Shown: positions 59,101-64,000 of the stretch, one piece after another
How positions within the stretch are numbered: the first letter of the stretch is position 1
Layout of the letters: the number at the start of each line of letters is the position of its first letter
Origin: an uncultured Methanosarcinaceae archaeon
Lineage (GTDB): Archaea > Halobacteriota > Methanosarcinia > Methanosarcinales > Methanosarcinaceae
Length of the DNA: 64,000 nucleotides
Direction: 5' to 3'
Assembly: GCA_963833425.1 (NCBI GenBank)
Contig: CAWHXP010000014.1
Location: 50,454 to 114,453 of the forward strand
Position numbers and translations under genes: made by a program
Notes under the pieces: model-generated
What the model was told of the DNA's origin: nothing
Databases searched by the model: none
The model's input: only the letters and a program-made list of their open reading frames with translations

Positions 59101-59935
59101 CAGAAACTGTCTGAAAACTTCGTGTAAATTTGGAGTGAAGGCAAAGCTAGAAAGAAAAAAGAACTCTTACTACTGCTACAAAAACAAAAAAATATGGAAG
59201 AACTGGAAAAGATGATAGGAAAACAATTAGTAGTATTTATTATGGCCTTCGTACTGGTTGCCAATGGGAAGTATTGCCAGGATTCTATGGAATATCACAA
59301 GAAACGCACATGGTCGATTCTACAAATAGTAAATAGCAGAACTATTTGTAAATAGCAGAACTATTTTAAAAATATAAAACTGGGCTGCTGGAGTATGATA
59401 CAAAAGAGTAGTAAGAATTGAGACTGAAAGCAATTGAGGGAGCTATGATGAAGTATTATTTATAGTGCTAGAACAGGAGTTGATCTTAGAGACTGTGGTG
59501 GGAAAAGTAGAAAGAGCGTTTGTTAACTGACGATAAAACATACTAATTTATATTTTCATAGATAGAGCCAATAGTCACGATTAAAAACTTGTAAAAGGGA
59601 CTCTGTGGGCATAATTATTAAAAGGTCTCTTATAGATCGCATAGCTCAGAATATGTGCAGGTATCAAGGAATATGATTTTCCTGATATCAGAAAACTAAT
59701 TGAAGAATATGATTATACTAGCCATATATGGAGTCGGGAGAAGAAATAATACTAAATAAATGGATATTGTTGTAGGGCAAAAAAGGTGGTTTGCAGAATG
59801 GATAAATCTTTGCTTTAATAGATTCGCAAGACTGCTTATTAGATTGAAAAAGGAAAGTGAGAAATACTATGCTATGCTTTATTTGGGATGTCCATGGATA
59901 ACCTTCATAGCAGCAGGACTTTTCAAACAGGCACT
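59101..59935 (+). mobile_element. Degraded IS5-family (IS427/IS1031-like) element
   Basis: DDRKTISSIYYGLRTGCQWEVLP and KRWFAE...FNRFARLLIR fragments; imperfect IR CTGTCTGAAAA/TTTTCAAACAG. Confidence 0.65.
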
Positions 59936-60099
59936 AAGTTAAATTACTTTACACAAACCTTCTTTTTGATAAAAATGTATAACATATTAATAAAAGAAAA
60001 GCAAATAGAAAGCCATTTCGTGCAAGCAGTACAGCTGATAATCTAAAAGATAAAAAATAGCTTTAAATTCTCTGGCAGAATTATTATTAGTAGGTATAT

Positions 60100-60345
60100 A
60101 TGGTAAATGAGAAAAAGTTAGATAGGAAGGAGGAGACCCCTATAAGACAATCTTTTGACTCTTTTGGTACGAATAGGGGATCAATTCTGTGTGATACCAG
60201 AACTCCTCTTAAGACAAAGGAATATATGTGTCCCAATTGTGGAAAAATAGCGGCTGCGGACGTCCTCTGGAAGCTGAAAAATGATGCTCAAAAACCCTTT
60301 TGTGGAGTATGCAAGAAACCGGTAGTTCTTAGTTCAACTGAATAA
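60100..60345 (+). CDS. Small zinc-ribbon protein
   Basis: YMCPNCG...PFCGVC; 81 aa. Confidence 0.7.
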   Translation: MVNEKKLDRKEETPIRQSFDSFGTNRGSILCDTRTPLKTKEYMCPNCGKIAAADVLWKLKNDAQKPFCGVCKKPVVLSSTE

Positions 60346-60391
60346 ATTTTATAGCCGGGGTAACTCTAGTTATCTTAACCTATCAAGATGT

Positions 60392-61253
60392 GGTTCCGTT
60401 TCAAAAACTTCAGATAAGCATGTAAACCTATAAATAACAAATAAAAGTCAAAAGATCCTAGAGTCAATCCGATTTTACAGGACTTTTGGTGCATTGCTGC
60501 AGATATATCTTTTTAATATGGTAATTCCATTCTAGTTAGTTGATACAGAACTAAATTCTCGTGATAAAGGAAAGAGATCATGTCTTCACTTTAGAAAGCT
60601 GGTCAAATGTTAAATAGTGAGCTTCTCTAAATTCAACTCCTTCAAGATCAACTCCTTCGAAGCAGGATTTTTGGATTTTCTCAATTAAATCGTCTTTAAA
60701 CCTAGGTGGGTAATAATTTCCGACTTAGTGAGACAGCAGATATTTATTACGGGTGGATAAGCTGGATTCTTATCAACGGTTATTACTTAGGGAATTTAGT
60801 TATGATTAGAACTCAAAGCTTTCTTAAAAAATCTCTTTGCTGCTTTTAGATCTCGTTTTGAACTTAACATGAATCAATTGTGTCTCCATCTGAGTCAACT
60901 GCTCGGTAAAGATATTTCCATTCACCTTTTACTTTGATATAGGTTTCATCAACTCTCCATGAATCATTTGTTATCTTAAATGCATTCTTATCCTCTTTTC
61001 TATCTCAGGTGAATATTGATGTACCCATCTCATTATAGTACTGTGATCAACTTGAATTCCTCTTTCTATCATCATTCCCTTTAAATTTCTATAGCTCAAT
61101 GGGTATTTTAAGTACCATCTTACATTCAATAGGATAATTTCTCCTTCATAATGCTTCCATTTAAAGGAATTAGATAGCATATTACTATCGTTGGTTTTCT
61201 TTTTATGGTTCCATTGCAAAAAATCCTTTCTAATGATACAATAGAATAAAAAG
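60392..61253 (-). mobile_element. Rearranged IS6 remnant
   Basis: Right IR at 60392; transposase N-half 60752-61180 (MLSNSFKWKH...DKNPAY); left end present in flipped orientation at 61207-61253. Confidence 0.8.
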
Positions 61254-61345
61254 TGAATAACTACGATGAAGCTGTTTTTTTCTTGTCTAAAAATGCACAG
61301 TTTTTGTGGCAAAAACTGTGCATAAAAGTATACTTGAAAAAGTCA

Positions 61346-61957
61346 TTAATCACTCAATGTATAGTGTTCCCAGTGATGCTTATTATGATGGCTCTCATGG
61401 TCATGTTCATTATGGTGGTTCTCATGACCATGTTCATTATGGTGGTTCTCATGACCATGTTCATTATGATGGTTCTCATGACCATGTTCATTATGGTGGC
61501 TTCTATGATGATGTTTCTCTTGATGTACATCTCTATGATTCTTATGGTGGAAATCTCTGCATAAAACTTGCAATGCGTATTTTTCTAGACATATTTCTTG
61601 TCTCGTGCGGATGCCAAATCTTCTCAGTAAAGCTACAGAAGGGCACCAGCCCTGTATAGCATATTGAAGCAGTAAGGTTAAAGTTAGTATGGACAAAATA
61701 AGCCACTTTTTGCTCTTTTTTAAACCAAGTATTACTCCAATAAAAGAAACTATAGCTGCACGACCTTCAATACAACGTTCGATATCCCACTCGTTATCAA
61801 GCTTCTCAATCCTTTTGCTGATTTCGTAGTCAGTTTTGCTCGCATAAAACTTGATCATTGCAGCTATTTCTATGTCAATTGCCTGATTAATCTCAGGAGG
61901 AGTTTTAGCTCTGACCTTATCTCCCTGGAGAAGTTCACTATAATTATTTATTATCAT
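61346..61957 (-). CDS. DUF2892/YgaP-like membrane protein with His-rich C-terminal tail
   Basis: EWDIER, two TM helices, QGWCP motif; 27-bp tandem repeats coding HHNEHGHEN; ATG 61957 preferred over 62008. Confidence 0.8.
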   Translation of the reverse strand: MIINNYSELLQGDKVRAKTPPEINQAIDIEIAAMIKFYASKTDYEISKRIEKLDNEWDIERCIEGRAAIVSFIGVILGLKKSKKWLILSILTLTLLLQYAIQGWCPSVALLRRFGIRTRQEICLEKYALQVLCRDFHHKNHRDVHQEKHHHRSHHNEHGHENHHNEHGHENHHNEHGHENHHNEHDHESHHNKHHWEHYTLSD

Positions 61958-62471
61958 AAAGTTCCCCTTGGATTGATTATTTGTAAGATATATGATAAAC
62001 CTAAACACACTCTTCTTAAAATAAGGTAAACATATTCATATAAATAATTATCACAATATAAGACATATATAGTTGAACTGAAAAATCAATGACATTAAAC
62101 CTAAAATAAGCTATTTACAAAATTTTCTTACATATAATCTGGATGCTATTCATAGCGTTTAGCTCGAATAACTTTCCAGCACGATGTTTTGACAGCTTTG
62201 AGTAGAATTGCAGGATCAATAACTGCGGTAGCATTTTATTCCTTCTCATGCATGAGAGTTTTTAAGGTAAAAACTATGCATCTCCTATTCGTACATGTTC
62301 ACTGTTTAGAGTAGCTAATAATTATTGTTCAATGGTGAAATCTTTCTTGGTGAATGATTTTTTGTTTAGAAACTATTTTTCTGATGAATTATTTTAAGTA
62401 ATATATTTAATTGATGTATAATCGAATTCATTAAAGTTGATAAAAAGGAAAATCAAAAGGAGTTTAGACAA

Positions 62472-62870
62472 ATGAAAAAGACACTTAGTATTTTGCTATT
62501 AATTTGTTTTTTAATGTCCGTGACCGCTGCAATAGTAAGTGCAGAAAACGGAAATAATAAAGAAATAGCTATGAAAAAAGTAGTGGCTATAAAGACTGAC
62601 GACGGTAAAGATATAGCGATTGGAAAAGTAATGGCTATGACTACCGACGATGGTAAAGAAATAGCTATGGGAAAAGTAGCAGCTATGGAAACAGAGGGGG
62701 GTAACGTTATAGTTAAGGGAAAAGTAGTGGCTATAAAGACCGATGACGGTACAATTATAGATATGAAAAAACTAGTTACTATGAAGACCGAAGATGGTAA
62801 ACTAATAGATATTAAAAAGGTAGTAGCTGTAAAGACTGACGAAGATAAAGAAGTAGCTGTGAAAAAATAA
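62472..62870 (+). CDS. Secreted protein with six 16-aa repeats
   Basis: AGGAG RBS; signal peptide ending AIVSA; repeats like KEIAMKKVVAIKTDDG. Confidence 0.8.
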   Translation: MKKTLSILLLICFLMSVTAAIVSAENGNNKEIAMKKVVAIKTDDGKDIAIGKVMAMTTDDGKEIAMGKVAAMETEGGNVIVKGKVVAIKTDDGTIIDMKKLVTMKTEDGKLIDIKKVVAVKTDEDKEVAVKK

Positions 62871-63462
62871 GGGCTATGAAGACCTAAAATGGTAAATAAA
62901 GGCACAGGATATTAGTGTATTGTTTACAGTTCTTTATGTAGTATCGTTGATAGCAGTAGCATCTGAAGCTCACATGGACAGCGGCATGCAGCTGCCATCA
63001 ATTTTTTGTCAATAGTACGTTTTTCAATTTAATTGCGTACCGTCCTAACCAGATTGCTGTGAGTTAGTGGAATACAACATGGGTAACACATATATTGCGC
63101 AGATCAAAGAAAAAGATTTATTTTCGAAAGACTTGGGATGCTGATAGTTTTTATTGTTGTCATTGATGCACAGATTTTAAAGTAAAAACTATGTATGTGC
63201 TTAAAGTAAACCCTATATTAAACTTAATAAAATATCTCTACACTTTTCCCGAAAATATATTTAATATTAAATTGTTGCCTGATCTTAAAACATTTTATGT
63301 TGAAGTAATTTTTATTTATGAATGATTTTTCTTATAATTAATTTTAAGAATTATCAAAGTAATTTTTATTCAGTGCATGTAAATGCCTACAAGATAGCAT
63401 TAAGCTCTAATGAATATGAGATTGATAGAGATTACTAAATTATACTAAGGAGAGTTTTCCAT

Positions 63463-63753
63463 ATGGGTACCACATTTAACCACAATAAAAGGACAATTAT
63501 ACTTTTGATGGTAGTAAGTTTCTTATTATCAGTGACAGCTGTTGTAGCAAGCGCACAAGGCTCAAGCATGATGAATGGATCAAGCATGATGAATGGATCA
63601 AGCATGATGAATAGCTCAAGCATGATGAATGAATCAAGCATGAGTAGCTCAAGCATGATAAATGGATCGAGCATTAATGGCTCAACCATGATGAATGAAT
63701 CAAGCATGAGTAGCTCAAGTATGATCAATAAATCGAGCATGAGCGAACCATAA
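63463..63753 (+). CDS. Secreted Met/Ser/Asn-rich low-complexity protein
   Basis: AGGAG RBS; signal peptide ending VVASA; 18-bp repeats coding SSMMNG. Confidence 0.78.
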   Translation: MGTTFNHNKRTIILLMVVSFLLSVTAVVASAQGSSMMNGSSMMNGSSMMNSSSMMNESSMSSSSMINGSSINGSTMMNESSMSSSSMINKSSMSEP

Positions 63754-64000
63754 TCATTTGTTAATATATCTTATTTTGCCTATTTTTGGTAATTTGATAT
63801 TCTATAGCATATAGGAATTTACAAGTTTCTACAGATTACAGCAAGTAAATGCGAAAAAGTATTAAAAAGAATAGCAAAATCAATATATTCCTTTGCTATA
63901 GATTTTAATTAAATAATAATGTATTGAAAGTTCTTTAAAAATGACTGTTCTTTTTCTTTTATTGTAAAACAGAATTTCCCGGTTTTATTGATGCATAGGT

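Noticed and set aside
61253..61659. Plus-strand Met-rich and His/Gly-rich ORFs
   Set aside because: Antisense shadows of the CAT-rich tandem repeat; the minus-strand ORF has a real domain
62453..63740. Minus-strand hydrophobic repeat ORFs 62453-62905 and 63435-63740
   Set aside because: Shadows of the plus-strand repeat genes, which have RBS and signal peptides

Overview
AT-rich archaeal chromosome segment, almost certainly Methanosarcina. The assignment rests on a two-repeat S-layer protein with PGF-CTERM, an archaeal histone, Fwd/Fmd subunits, VorCBA, rpoL-csl4-METTL5-dph2, a SelB-like factor, and archaeal dnaG, radB and lig. Intact housekeeping genes are interspersed with many decayed insertion sequences (IS5 of three kinds, IS6, IS110, IS200/IS605, IS1634), about 12 copies of a ~90-bp MITE sharing ends with one IS5 element, and host pseudogenes (hpt, iron-sulfur flavoprotein, SAM methyltransferase, ABC ATPase, PAS fragment). 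The main unexplained signal is a ~1-kb non-coding stretch directly upstream of dnaG; by hand it folds into nested, long-range, G-U-containing helices on the + strand (candidate large structured RNA), and a divergent small hairpin RNA candidate lies beside it. Other notable items: two diverged IS110 left ends (bridge-RNA candidates), a perfect 78-bp inverted MITE pair flanking the putative fwdGBD promoter region, and an end-of-window cluster of His-rich, Met/Ser-rich and 16-aa-repeat membrane/secreted proteins. No rRNA, tRNA or CRISPR array was recognised. All family assignments are by motif recognition and recall, not database search; helices were paired by eye.
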